In this document: positions 32,625 to 42,402 of the stretch, one piece after another
How positions within the stretch are numbered: position 1 is the first letter of the stretch
How the letters are laid out: every line of letters begins with the position of its first letter
Origin: an uncultured bacterium
GTDB lineage: Bacteria; Patescibacteriota; Saccharimonadia; UBA4664; SCTI01
Direction: 5' to 3'
Assembly (NCBI GenBank): GCA_963721685.1
Contig: CAVRJJ010000005.1
Location: 231,943-295,942, forward strand
DNA length: 64,000 nt
The notes under the pieces: model-generated
Seen by the model: only the letters and a program-made list of their open reading frames with translations
What the model was told of the DNA's origin: nothing
The model's database searches: none
Made by a program: the position numbers and the translations under genes

Positions 32625-34202
32625 GTGAATTCTCTTGTTTCTCGTTTAAATACCCGTAATACGGTAAATATGGCCGCTTTGGTAATTGGCCTGTCATTTA
32701 TGGCCAGCCGCCTGCTGGGCTTATTGCGCGACCGGCTGCTGGTGGCGCAGTTTGGGGTAGGTCCGGAAACGGACGCCTATACCGCGGCCTTCCGTTTGCC
32801 GGAGCTGCTATTTACCTTGCTGGTGTCAGGGGCATTCGCGGTAGCCTTTATCCCGGTATTTGCCGAGCATTTAAGCAAAAACGACCGCAAATCTGCCTGG
32901 GAAATGTCCTCGGTGCTGCTAAATTTTCTGCTTATTTTCACCGCTGTGGCAGGAGTGATTGCCTTTATTTTTGCCGGACCCTTAACCAGCCTGCTCGCCC
33001 CGGGCTTTAATGAGTACCAACACAACCTCACCGTTTACTTAACGCGCATCATGCTTATAACGCCAATGCTGTTCGCGGTCTCAAGCTTGCTGGGCAGTGT
33101 AGCCCAGTCGTTTGGCCGGTTTATTATTTTTGCGTTGGCTAGCGTATTTTATAACTTAGGCATTATTTTCGGCATTGTCTTCTTAAGTCCAACCGAGTCA
33201 ATTTACGGCGTTGCTTATGGAGTGGTAATTGGGGCGTTCTTACAGGCAGTGCTGCAAATTGGCGGGTTGGCTGGCCTCGGATACCGCTATCATTGGTCGC
33301 TAAAGTTTCGGCGTAATGATGTCCAGCGGGTAGTGAAGCTAATGGTTCCCCGGTCGCTTGACCAGGGGATCGACCAAATCCATTACATAGTGGAAACCAT
33401 TATCGCTTCACGGCTGCAGGTAGGAAGTTTGGCAATCTACTATTTTGCCAACAACCTGAAAAATGTTCCTTTGGTATTAATCGGAAATTCGGTTGCCACG
33501 GCGGCTTTTCCTACCATGGCGGCCCGGGCAGCTAAGGGAGCGTACGAAACGCTTATTAAAGAGTTTGTATTAAACGCCCGGCTCATTTTGTTTTTAGTAA
33601 TACCGGCAGCAATTGTCACCGTGATCATGCGTGGCTATATTGTCCGGTTGCTCTATGGTTTTGGTGATCCCACTACCGCCAACACGCTGGGCTGGTTTGC
33701 CGGGGCAATTGTTTTTCAAGCCTTATTTTTCCTGGTTGCACGCATGTTTTACGCGCTGCAGGATAGCAAAACCCCACTTTATGTTAGCTTGTCGGCCATC
33801 GCCATAAATGTTCCGCTGAGCTTTGGGCTTTCGCATGAGTTTGGGGTGGTTGGGCTCGCCATGGCTCAGTCGGTCCTAGCCGTAATTGAAGTGGTGGTAC
33901 TCACTGTTCTGCTTCAGCGGCGAATGAAGCAAATTGGCTTGCATTCCATTTGGGCAGGGTTGTGGCGGATGCTTCTTTCAGGAGCAATAATGGCAGGAAC
34001 TACTTACATTTTGGTAGCCCGGGTCGCTCCGCTTTACTTAGCAGATACCGGCTTCTTTGTTGTTGCACCTAAGTTCTTTGGCATACTTGCGTTATCACTC
34101 GCGGCCTACTTCATCCCGTGCTACTTGCTGGATCTGCACGAAGCCCGCAAAGTTTACGGCAGGTTAAAAGAGCAAATCCTTAAACCGCTGAATTTAACAT
34201 GA
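32625..34202 (+). CDS. murJ: lipid II flippase MurJ
   Basis: 14-TM MOP/MVF-family pattern. N-terminal ...SRLLGLLRDRLLVAQFG. Confidence 0.8.
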   Translation: MNSLVSRLNTRNTVNMAALVIGLSFMASRLLGLLRDRLLVAQFGVGPETDAYTAAFRLPELLFTLLVSGAFAVAFIPVFAEHLSKNDRKSAWEMSSVLLNFLLIFTAVAGVIAFIFAGPLTSLLAPGFNEYQHNLTVYLTRIMLITPMLFAVSSLLGSVAQSFGRFIIFALASVFYNLGIIFGIVFLSPTESIYGVAYGVVIGAFLQAVLQIGGLAGLGYRYHWSLKFRRNDVQRVVKLMVPRSLDQGIDQIHYIVETIIASRLQVGSLAIYYFANNLKNVPLVLIGNSVATAAFPTMAARAAKGAYETLIKEFVLNARLILFLVIPAAIVTVIMRGYIVRLLYGFGDPTTANTLGWFAGAIVFQALFFLVARMFYALQDSKTPLYVSLSAIAINVPLSFGLSHEFGVVGLAMAQSVLAVIEVVVLTVLLQRRMKQIGLHSIWAGLWRMLLSGAIMAGTTYILVARVAPLYLADTGFFVVAPKFFGILALSLAAYFIPCYLLDLHEARKVYGRLKEQILKPLNLT

Positions 34203-36070
34203 ACCAGTCCCACATACGAAATTTTTGTATTATCGCCCACATCGACCATGGCAAATCGACCCTGGCCGACCGTATGCTTGAGCTAACGGGCACGGTGGCG
34301 GGGCGGGACATGCAGGCGCAGCTGCTCGATAGTATGGACTTGGAGCGGGAGAAGGGGATTACGATTAAGCTGCAACCGGTACAAATGGCGTGGACGCCCG
34401 GGTCGATGCGCTCATCGAACGAGCGAGGACTGTTTGAGCCGAAGGCGAGTTCCGCAGCCGGAGAGGATGCGCGCGACCCAGGCACCTACCAGCTAAACCT
34501 GATTGATACTCCCGGCCACGTTGATTTCAGTTATGAGGTTAGCCGTAGCTTAGCCGCCTGCGAAGGGGCAATCCTCGTGGTTGACGCGGCTCAGGGAATC
34601 CAGGCCCAAACCTTGGCCAATGTGTATTTAGCAATTGAGGCCGGCCTGGAGATTATTCCAGTGCTGAACAAAATTGATTTACCGGCGGCCGAGCCGGAAC
34701 GGGTAGCCAAAGAGGTCGCTAGCTTGCTCGGCTGCAAGGTGGAAGACGTGCTAGCAATTTCGGCTAAAAACGGGACAGGTGTTATCGAATTACTGAATAA
34801 AGTAGTCGAGCTGGTGCCGCCCCCCAGCGGTGAACCGGAAAAGCCCTTGCGGGGATTGGTGTTTGACTCAGTGTACGACGAGTACCGCGGCGTAATCTTG
34901 TTTCTTCGGATTGTGGATGGGTCGTTAGAGCGGCAAGCAAGTTTAAAACTCATGTCTTCGGGACATACAGGCCTGGCGGTCGAAACCGGTATCTTTAAGC
35001 CCAAGCAAGTCGTGCAACCGGGACTGACAACCGGGCAAATCGGGTACGTGGTAACGAACTTAAAGTCAATTGCCGAGGCCAGGGTAGGTGATACGGTAAC
35101 GCTTGAGCGCGATGAGGCGGAATCGCCACTACCGGGGTACCGGGCGGTTAAGCCGTTTGTATTTGCCGGCTTTTTTACTTCAAGTGCTGAACAGTATCCA
35201 GAGCTGAAAGACGCCCTTGAAAAGCTGAAGCTCAACGATGCGGCGCTGGTATATGAGCCGGAAACCTCGCAGATCTTAGGGTTTGGTTACCGGGTGGGTT
35301 TTCTGGGGCTCTTGCATATGGAAATCATTAAAGAGCGCCTTGAGCGCGAACATGGCTTGGATATGGTTATCACCACACCCTCCACCGATTATCAAGTGCG
35401 CACCAGCGACGGCCAGGAGTTAACGGTTCGTTCAGCCGCCGAGCTTCCGGAGACCAGCCGGATTGAGCTATTGCGCGAGCCGTGGATTAAGGGGGAGGTG
35501 GTGGTACCGGGCGGTTATGTTGGCGCGGTGATCCAATTGATTAACCGGATTCGGGGGCTGCAGTCGAACATGAACTACATCGACCAAACCTTGGCGCTGA
35601 TTGCGTTTGAGGCGCCGCTGGCAAATGTGCTGACTAATTTTTATGATTCATTGAAGTCAATCACCAGCGGGTATGGATCTTTCAACTATGAGCTGGATGA
35701 TTACCGGACCGAAGACTTGGTGCGGCTGGATATTTTAGTCGGCGGCGAGCTGGTAGATAGCTTAAGCTCCATTGCCCACCGCGATGAGGCTTACGGACGC
35801 GGGAAAGCGATAGTGGAGAAACTCAAAGACGTTGTTCCCCGCCAGCTGTTTGAAGTTAGCCTTCAGGCCGCCATTGGCGGCAAGATTATTGCTCGGGAAA
35901 ACATCCGCTCAATGGGCAAGAACGTCACGGCCAAGCTGTATGGTGGAGATGTGAGCCGAAAGAATAAGCTGTTAGATAAACAGAAAAAAGGGAAGAAGCG
36001 CATGAAGAAAGTGGGGAAGGTTGAAATTCCCGCCGAAGCCTTTATGGTGCTGGTAAAGGCCGACTCATAA
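34199..36070 (+). CDS. lepA: elongation factor 4 (LepA)
   Basis: G1-G5 GTPase motifs and a LepA-specific C-terminal domain. Contains a roughly 25-aa insertion before TYQLNLIDTPGH. Confidence 0.95.
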   Translation: MNQSHIRNFCIIAHIDHGKSTLADRMLELTGTVAGRDMQAQLLDSMDLEREKGITIKLQPVQMAWTPGSMRSSNERGLFEPKASSAAGEDARDPGTYQLNLIDTPGHVDFSYEVSRSLAACEGAILVVDAAQGIQAQTLANVYLAIEAGLEIIPVLNKIDLPAAEPERVAKEVASLLGCKVEDVLAISAKNGTGVIELLNKVVELVPPPSGEPEKPLRGLVFDSVYDEYRGVILFLRIVDGSLERQASLKLMSSGHTGLAVETGIFKPKQVVQPGLTTGQIGYVVTNLKSIAEARVGDTVTLERDEAESPLPGYRAVKPFVFAGFFTSSAEQYPELKDALEKLKLNDAALVYEPETSQILGFGYRVGFLGLLHMEIIKERLEREHGLDMVITTPSTDYQVRTSDGQELTVRSAAELPETSRIELLREPWIKGEVVVPGGYVGAVIQLINRIRGLQSNMNYIDQTLALIAFEAPLANVLTNFYDSLKSITSGYGSFNYELDDYRTEDLVRLDILVGGELVDSLSSIAHRDEAYGRGKAIVEKLKDVVPRQLFEVSLQAAIGGKIIARENIRSMGKNVTAKLYGGDVSRKNKLLDKQKKGKKRMKKVGKVEIPAEAFMVLVKADS

Positions 36071-36079
36071 TTTGTTACA

Positions 36080-37306
36080 ATGAAGTCTATGTCTTACACC
36101 CCTACACAAAAAATTCTTGAAAACTACGCCAAAGTACTAGTTAATTTCGCTCTTAATAGCGGCCAGGGCATTAAAAATGGTGAGGTTGTCTACGTAATGG
36201 GGCACGAGGTTTCCAAGCCCTTGTACATGGAAGTTTGCAAAGCCATTTGGCGCTCCGGCGGACATGTTATTGACGGCTTTTTCCCAAATGAAGCCGGCCG
36301 CTATGGCGAACTCAATAATGTTTTTGATTTTGCCAACGACGCCCAGCTCGATTTCTTCCCTTCAAAGTATTATAAGGGCCTAACCGAGAACATGGATCAT
36401 CAGCTGATGATCTTAAGCGATTCGGATTTGCACGCGCTTGAAAATGTAGATCCCATGAAGATTTTACGCCGTCGTAAGGCCCGCCATCCGTTTATGCAAT
36501 GGCGTGACGAAAAAGAAAACGATGGAAAATTTACTTGGACGCTTGGTCTCTACGGTACACCGGCCTCCGCCACTGAAGCGCGGATGACAGAAGAGGAATA
36601 CTGGGACCAGATTATTAACGCGTGCTATTTAGACGATCCGGATCCGGTTGCGCGCTGGCGGGAAACCGAAGCTACTATTAAAGAAATTGTTGGAAAGCTC
36701 AACGCCTTGGAGATAGAAAAAGTTCATGTTGAAGGAGATGACGTTGACCTGTGGCTAACCATTGGCGAAAAGCGCGCGTGGATGGGCGGCAGCGGCCGCA
36801 ATATTCCCAGCTTCGAGGTTTTTACTAGTCCCGATTGGCGTGGTACTGAAGGCTGGATCCGTTTTAACCAGCCGCTCTATAACTACGGCAGTATGATTGA
36901 AAACATCCGGTTGGAATTTAAGGCGGGAAGGGTCGTTAAGGCCACGGCCGATACCAACGAGCCGGTGCTTAAGCAAATGATCGCCACCGAAAATGCTGAT
37001 AAAGTGGGTGAGTTTTCCATGACTGACCGACGCCTCTCTCGCATTACCAAGTTTATGGCCAACACCTTATATGACGAAAACATCGGCGGACCCTTTGGCA
37101 ATACCCATATCGCGGTAGGGAAGTCATACCAGGATTGCTACGCCGGTGATCCTTCAGGCGTGAGTAAGGATGAATGGGAACGGCTTGGCTACAATGAATC
37201 AAGCGTCCATACCGATATGATTACCACCACCGACCGTATAATTACGGCAACCTTAAAGGACGGCACGCAAAAGGTAATTTATAAGGACGGGCAGTACGAA
37301 CTGTAA
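36080..37306 (+). CDS. M29-family aminopeptidase (AmpS/PepS-like)
   Basis: Full-length similarity to M29 aminopeptidases as recalled. Confidence 0.7.
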   Translation: MKSMSYTPTQKILENYAKVLVNFALNSGQGIKNGEVVYVMGHEVSKPLYMEVCKAIWRSGGHVIDGFFPNEAGRYGELNNVFDFANDAQLDFFPSKYYKGLTENMDHQLMILSDSDLHALENVDPMKILRRRKARHPFMQWRDEKENDGKFTWTLGLYGTPASATEARMTEEEYWDQIINACYLDDPDPVARWRETEATIKEIVGKLNALEIEKVHVEGDDVDLWLTIGEKRAWMGGSGRNIPSFEVFTSPDWRGTEGWIRFNQPLYNYGSMIENIRLEFKAGRVVKATADTNEPVLKQMIATENADKVGEFSMTDRRLSRITKFMANTLYDENIGGPFGNTHIAVGKSYQDCYAGDPSGVSKDEWERLGYNESSVHTDMITTTDRIITATLKDGTQKVIYKDGQYEL

Positions 37307-37318
37307 GAAAGGCGGGTA

Positions 37319-37837
37319 ATGGGGGGTCGCATCAAACAGGGGATAAGGGTAATTGCTGCCATGGCATTCATTTTCGTTATGGGCTTCCTGTTTGGCTGGT
37401 ATCAACGTCCACTACCCCCGCCAACGGCTTCGGACAGCACTGCCCAGCCGGTCCCGGCTGAAAAGCCACGGCGGGCGCATTCCCAGCTATATATCGATAA
37501 TCATCTAGGTTTTCAGATGGAAGTGCCTAAAGAGTGGGTAAACCGCTATGGCCCCATCCAGAGTGGCGTATCAGTAGGATTTGCTTTTGAAAAAGCTAGC
37601 AGCCCTCCGGGAACTCCCAAAATGGATTTGGCGCAGGTATTTACCATTACCCGCTACCCGTCGGCGCAGTTTGATGAAACTGTCTGCGGGTGCAAGGAGC
37701 TAGGGCGCGGCAAAGGCGTAGTGTTTGGCTACAAGTTCGACGGCCAAACGGTGCCGTTGGCGTCTCCTTTAACCATCGCTGGCATCCAGGCGGCGCTGCA
37801 AAATGACATACCGGCCTATTTCCAACCCATCGAGTAA
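37319..37837 (+). CDS. hypothetical membrane-anchored protein
   Basis: N-terminal TM, 172 aa. Confidence 0.45.
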   Translation: MGGRIKQGIRVIAAMAFIFVMGFLFGWYQRPLPPPTASDSTAQPVPAEKPRRAHSQLYIDNHLGFQMEVPKEWVNRYGPIQSGVSVGFAFEKASSPPGTPKMDLAQVFTITRYPSAQFDETVCGCKELGRGKGVVFGYKFDGQTVPLASPLTIAGIQAALQNDIPAYFQPIE

Positions 37838-37844
37838 TGAATGA

Positions 37845-37871
37845 TTGGCAGTCTTGACATAAGAGTGCTAA
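37845..37871 (+). promoter_or_regulatory. CIRCE-like HrcA operator (TTGGCAGTC-N9-GAGTGCTAA) overlapping a sigma70-like promoter (-35 TTGACA 37854-59, -10 TATGAT 37877-82)
   Basis: 7/9 and 9/9 matches to the TTAGCACTC-N9-GAGTGCTAA halves. 17-bp spacer between -35 and -10. Confidence 0.6.
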
Positions 37872-37890
37872 TTTCTTATGATAGAGCTAC

Positions 37891-37917
37891 TTAGCAAACC
37901 CGTAATGAGAGTGCTTA
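37891..37917 (+). promoter_or_regulatory. second CIRCE-like inverted repeat (TTAGCAAAC-N9-GAGTGCTTA)
   Basis: 7/9 and 8/9 matches with a 9-nt spacer. Ends at the hrcA start codon. Confidence 0.5.
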
Positions 37918-38606
37918 TGACACCGCGTCAGCAGTATATTTTAAGTGAAATCATAGAAACCTATGCCCGCACCGCCGAGCCGGTGAGTTCGCATCTGCTA
38001 ACCTCTAAAATTGAGGTATCGTCCGCTACCATCCGCGCCGATATGGCCGAACTTGAACGTCTGGGTTATATTACGCAGCCACATACCTCTGCCGGCCGGA
38101 TTCCTACCGATAGTGGTTATCGGATGTATGTAAATAATGTAAAAGTGCTCCAGACTGATGGCCGGGTTAACCAGGCGCTTGCCCGGCGGGTTGCCAGCGC
38201 CGGTGAGGCCGACCGGGCAATAAGGCAGGCGGCTGAAAGTTTAGCCGATATTACCCAGAACCTGGGACTGGCCACTTTATCGGAAGGTTTGGTGTTTACC
38301 GGCTTGCGTAACTTATTTGGCCAGCCGGAATTTAGCGGCTCGAAAGCTTTTGAAGTTGCCCGTTTGCTCGATAGTTTAGATGAATGGTTGGCGGAGGCCT
38401 CTCCAAGCGGCCGGGTCAGCGTTTATATTGGCAAGGAGAACCCGATTGGCCGCTCGAGCGGCGCCACTTTGGTAATTGCCCGCTTTGCTTCGCCGCACAG
38501 CGACTCATCCTATATTGGCGTGCTGGGTTCTACCCGCCAAAACTATGCCCGGGTAATGGGGCTGGTTGATTATGCCGGACGGCATCTAGAGGAGGCGTTC
38601 GCGTGA
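37917..38606 (+). CDS. hrcA: heat-inducible transcription repressor HrcA (short form)
   Basis: MTPRQQYILSEIIETY...EPVSS...SSATIRADMAELERLGYITQPHTSAGRIPT. ORFs starting at 37878 would run through the CIRCE. Confidence 0.75.
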   Translation: MTPRQQYILSEIIETYARTAEPVSSHLLTSKIEVSSATIRADMAELERLGYITQPHTSAGRIPTDSGYRMYVNNVKVLQTDGRVNQALARRVASAGEADRAIRQAAESLADITQNLGLATLSEGLVFTGLRNLFGQPEFSGSKAFEVARLLDSLDEWLAEASPSGRVSVYIGKENPIGRSSGATLVIARFASPHSDSSYIGVLGSTRQNYARVMGLVDYAGRHLEEAFA

Positions 38607-39061
38607 CTAAAAAACCGACAAGCAAGGAACTGCAGGACCGCGTTGACGAGCTAACTAACGACCTGCAGCGGCTTCAAGCCGAGTTTATGAACTACAAGCG
38701 GCGCGAAGATGACGCTAAAGCTGAAATTGCCAACTTCGCGACTCAGCGGGTCGTTACCGTATTGCTGCCCCTGCTTGATAATATTGAGCGCGCCTTAGCC
38801 CACCAGCCCGAAGAACTAAAGGACAATGATTGGGCAAAAGGGGTAGGCCAGGTCAGTAAGCAAACCACGGACGTATTGAAGGTATTGGGCGTAGAAAAAA
38901 TAGCAACGGTCGGCCAGCCATTCGACCACAATTTACATGAAGCCATTAGCATGGAAGACGGCGAAGGCGATACTGAAGTGGTAGTTGAGGAAGTTCAATC
39001 GGGCTATAAAATGGGGGATCAGGTGATCCGTCACGCCATGGTGAAAGTAGGGAGGCAATGA
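38603..39061 (+). CDS. grpE: nucleotide exchange factor GrpE
   Basis: Coiled-coil N-terminus plus the GrpE C-terminal fold. Operon position. Confidence 0.8.
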   Translation: MTKKPTSKELQDRVDELTNDLQRLQAEFMNYKRREDDAKAEIANFATQRVVTVLLPLLDNIERALAHQPEELKDNDWAKGVGQVSKQTTDVLKVLGVEKIATVGQPFDHNLHEAISMEDGEGDTEVVVEEVQSGYKMGDQVIRHAMVKVGRQ

Positions 39062-39315
39062 TGGGTGAAGCGCCTGATCCTGGCGCTGAATGGGGCGGCA
39101 GAGACCCCGATAAGCCTCTCGCCTTTGAGACCACTATGGATAGAGCGCATCTAACGGAATGGGCTGCCAAGAACCCAGACTTGCCAGAGGATCCAGATGC
39201 GCGAGCTGCAAAGATAAAAGAAGATGTCGATTTGGTTATGGACCTAGGTTACACCTATGAGCAGTGGATGAAAATTATGAAGAAGCCAAAACAAGATGAA
39301 GAAGGAGAACACTAA
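39058..39315 (+). CDS. small acidic hypothetical protein inserted between grpE and dnaK
   Basis: 85 aa with overlapping start/stop codons. Its last codons supply the dnaK SD (GAAGGAG). Confidence 0.4.
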   Translation: MMGEAPDPGAEWGGRDPDKPLAFETTMDRAHLTEWAAKNPDLPEDPDARAAKIKEDVDLVMDLGYTYEQWMKIMKKPKQDEEGEH

Positions 39316-41263
39316 TGGGTAAAATTATCGGAATTGATTTAGGAACGACCAACTCGGCTATGGCCGTAATGGAAGGCGGCCAGCCAACTATTATAGCCAA
39401 TGCCGAAGGCGGCCGCACCACGCCGTCAATCGTGGCCATTAACAAACAAGGCGAGCGACTCGTCGGCCAGGCCGCAAAGCGCCAATCGGTGATTAACGGT
39501 GAAAACACCATTTTTGAAGTCAAGCGTTTAATTGGCCGCAAGTTCAAGGATAACGAGGTCCAAAAAGACGTAGGCTTGATGCCGTATAAAATTGTCGACG
39601 CCGACGGTTCAGTGAAGGTAAAGATGGGCGACAAGGACTATAGCCCGGAGGAGGTGTCAGCCATGATCCTTTCCAAGCTGAAGGCCGACGCCGAAGCCTT
39701 TATTGGCAGTCCGGTCACCGAAGCGGTTATTACGGTTCCCGCCTACTTTAGCGACGCCCAACGCCAGGCCACCAAAGACGCCGGAAAGATTGCCGGTCTT
39801 GAGGTTAAGCGAATTATTAATGAGCCAACCGCCGCCGCTTTGGCATACGGCTTAGATAAGAAAAAAGAAGAAAAGATTGTCGTCTACGACCTGGGAGGCG
39901 GTACCTTCGACGTATCTGTGCTTGAGCTTGGCGACGGTGTCTTCGAAGTCAAAAGCACCAACGGTGATACCCACTTGGGCGGCGCCGATTTTGATAACAC
40001 TATCATGAGCTTTTTGATTGATGAGTTTAAAGCCGATCAAGGCATTGACTTAAAAGACGACAAAGCCGCCGTCCAACGGCTGAAGGAAGCCGCCGAAAAA
40101 GCTAAGATTGAGCTCTCCAGCGCCCAAGACACGGAAATTAACCTGCCCTTCATTACCGCCGACGCGACTGGACCAAAGCACTTTACCTACCACCTTACCC
40201 GCTCCAAGCTGCAGCAGCTTGTCCAGGGTTTGATAGATAAGACGGCCGGCCCGTGTGAAGCCGCCCTGAAAGACGCCGGTTTGAAGGCGAGCGACATCAA
40301 CGAAGTAATTCTGGTTGGCGGCATGACCCGTATGCCAGCTGTTGCCGAAAAGGTCCAAGCCATCTTTGGCAAAGAGCCGCTCAAAGGCGTGAACCCGGAT
40401 GAGGTTGTGGCCGTTGGCGCGGCCGTCCAAGGCGGGGTGCTGGCCGGCGACGTGAAAGACGTCCTGCTCTTGATGTGACTCCCCTCTCACTGGGACTGGA
40501 AACCATGGGCGGCGTTATGACCAAGCTGATTGAGCGCAACACCACGGTGCCAACCAGCAAAAGCCAGGTGTTTTCCACGGCGGCCGATAACCAAAACCAG
40601 GTAGAGATTAACGTGCTTCAGGGCGAACGTGAGTTCGCGGTTGATAATAAAAGCCTGGGCCGGTTCATTCTGGATGGTATTCCCCCAGCTCCCCGCGGCG
40701 TCCCCCAAGTAGAGGTAACCTTCAACATTGATGCCAACGGTATTGTAAATGTTAAAGCCGTAGACAAGGGTACCAATAAGGAACAACACATCACCATTAC
40801 CGGCAGCGGCAACATGAGCGACGAAGACATTAAAAAAGCCCAGGCTGAAGCCGAAGCTCATGCCGAAGAAGATAAAAAGCGTAAAGCCGTGGTAGAAGCC
40901 CGCAACAATTTGGATAACACCATCTATACCGCCGAAAAGACCATGAAAGACGCTGGTGATAAGGCCAAAGAAGAAGACAAGACCGCTTTGCAGGCGGCCA
41001 TTGATGAGGCCAAAAAGCTGGGCGAAACCGATGACCCGGCAGTGCTGGAAAAAGCCACCCAGGAGCTTAGCGATAAGATGCAGGTAGTGGGCGCGGCTAT
41101 GTACGCCGCGGCCGCTGAAGCCGCCGGCGACACCACCGGTAGTGCCGAAGCCTCGGCCTCCGCTACCGCTAGTGCCGAAACCACCGTTGAAGAGCCGGTT
41201 GAAGGCGAGGTGGTTGACGAAAAGACCGAAGAGAAAAAAGACAAGAAACCTGACGAAAAATAA
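39315..41263 (+). pseudogene. dnaK: molecular chaperone DnaK, interrupted by a 1-nt deletion near 40476 (sequencing error possible)
   Basis: ORFs 39315-40478 and 40475-41263 together give a full DnaK. Observed ttgatgtgact; restoring ttggatgtgact gives [13 protein letters not shown]. Confidence 0.9.
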
Positions 41264-41282
41264 TAAGAACAGGGTACAATAA

Positions 41283-42402
41283 GTGCCAGTGGCAAAACGT
41301 GATTACTATGATGTATTAGGTGTAAGCAAGTCGGCCACGGCCGATGAGATTAAGCGCGCCTACCGCAAGCTGGCCATGCAGCACCATCCTGACAAGCATG
41401 GTGGTGACGATGGCCCCTTTAAAGAGCTTGGTGAAGCCTACGAAGTCCTGAAAGACCCTAAAAAAAAGGCGATTTACGACCAGTACGGGCACGCCGCCAA
41501 CGCCCAAAACCCCGGCAGCCAAGGTGGTAATCCCTTTGGCGGGGGCTTTAACGCCGAAGGCTTCGACTTCTCCCAATTTCAAGGAGCTGGAGGGGGATTT
41601 GGCGATATCTTTGATATGTTTTTCCAAGGCCAAGGCGGGGGAAGGCGGCGCCAAGCCGCCCGTGGTGCCGATATGGAAACCGTGGTTACTTTGGATTTTA
41701 AAGAAGCCATCTTTGGAGCCAGCCGCAAGCTTCAAATAACCACTGATGAGCGCTGTGACCATTGTTCGGGTAATGGTGCCGAACCCGGCACCAAAGTGAA
41801 AACTTGTGAAACCTGCAAGGGTCAAGGTCAAGTTACGCGAGTGCAACAGACCATCCTTGGCGCAATCCAACAGGCGACGGTATGCCCGACCTGCCGCGGT
41901 GAAGGCGAAGTTCCCGAACAAAAGTGCAATAAATGCCGGGGCTCGGGGACGATCAAGAAAACCAAAGAGCTGGAGGTAAAGATTCCCGCTGGCATTGATA
42001 ACGGCCAAACCATCCGTTTGGATGGCAAAGGCGCGGCCCATAAAAAAGCGCCCAACGGTGACTTATACATTCACGTACAAGTCCGGCCGGATGCGTAAGT
42101 TGCAGCGTCATGGCCAGGATATTAGTTCAACTATTAAGCTTGATATGGTAGGAGCGGCGCTGGGAAGCGAAGTGCCGGTCCACACGGTTGATGGCAATGT
42201 AAAACTGAAAGTTCCGGCCGGAACCCAAAGCGGCAAAACCTTCCGTTTAAGCGAGCGCGGTGTCCCGGGTATGGGTGGCCGCAAGCGCGGTGACCACTTG
42301 GTGACCGTAACGGTGGAAACCCCCAGCAAGCTTTCATCCAAGCAAAAAGAACTGTTAGAGCAATTCGCGAGCGAGGGCGGCAAAAAGCGCAAGTTCTGGT
42401 AG
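41283..42402 (+). pseudogene. dnaJ: co-chaperone DnaJ, interrupted by a +1 frameshift near 42093
   Basis: J domain with HPD, G/F region and four CxxCxGxG repeats, then the C-terminal domain in the next frame. An extra t creates TAA after VRPDA. Confidence 0.85.

Noticed and set aside
30987-32697. Long minus-strand ORFs (303, 297 aa) antisense to ftsH
   Set aside because: Low-complexity translations. ftsH on the plus strand is unambiguous.
34591-35235. 214-aa minus-strand ORF antisense to lepA
   Set aside because: Same reasoning. lepA is unambiguous.
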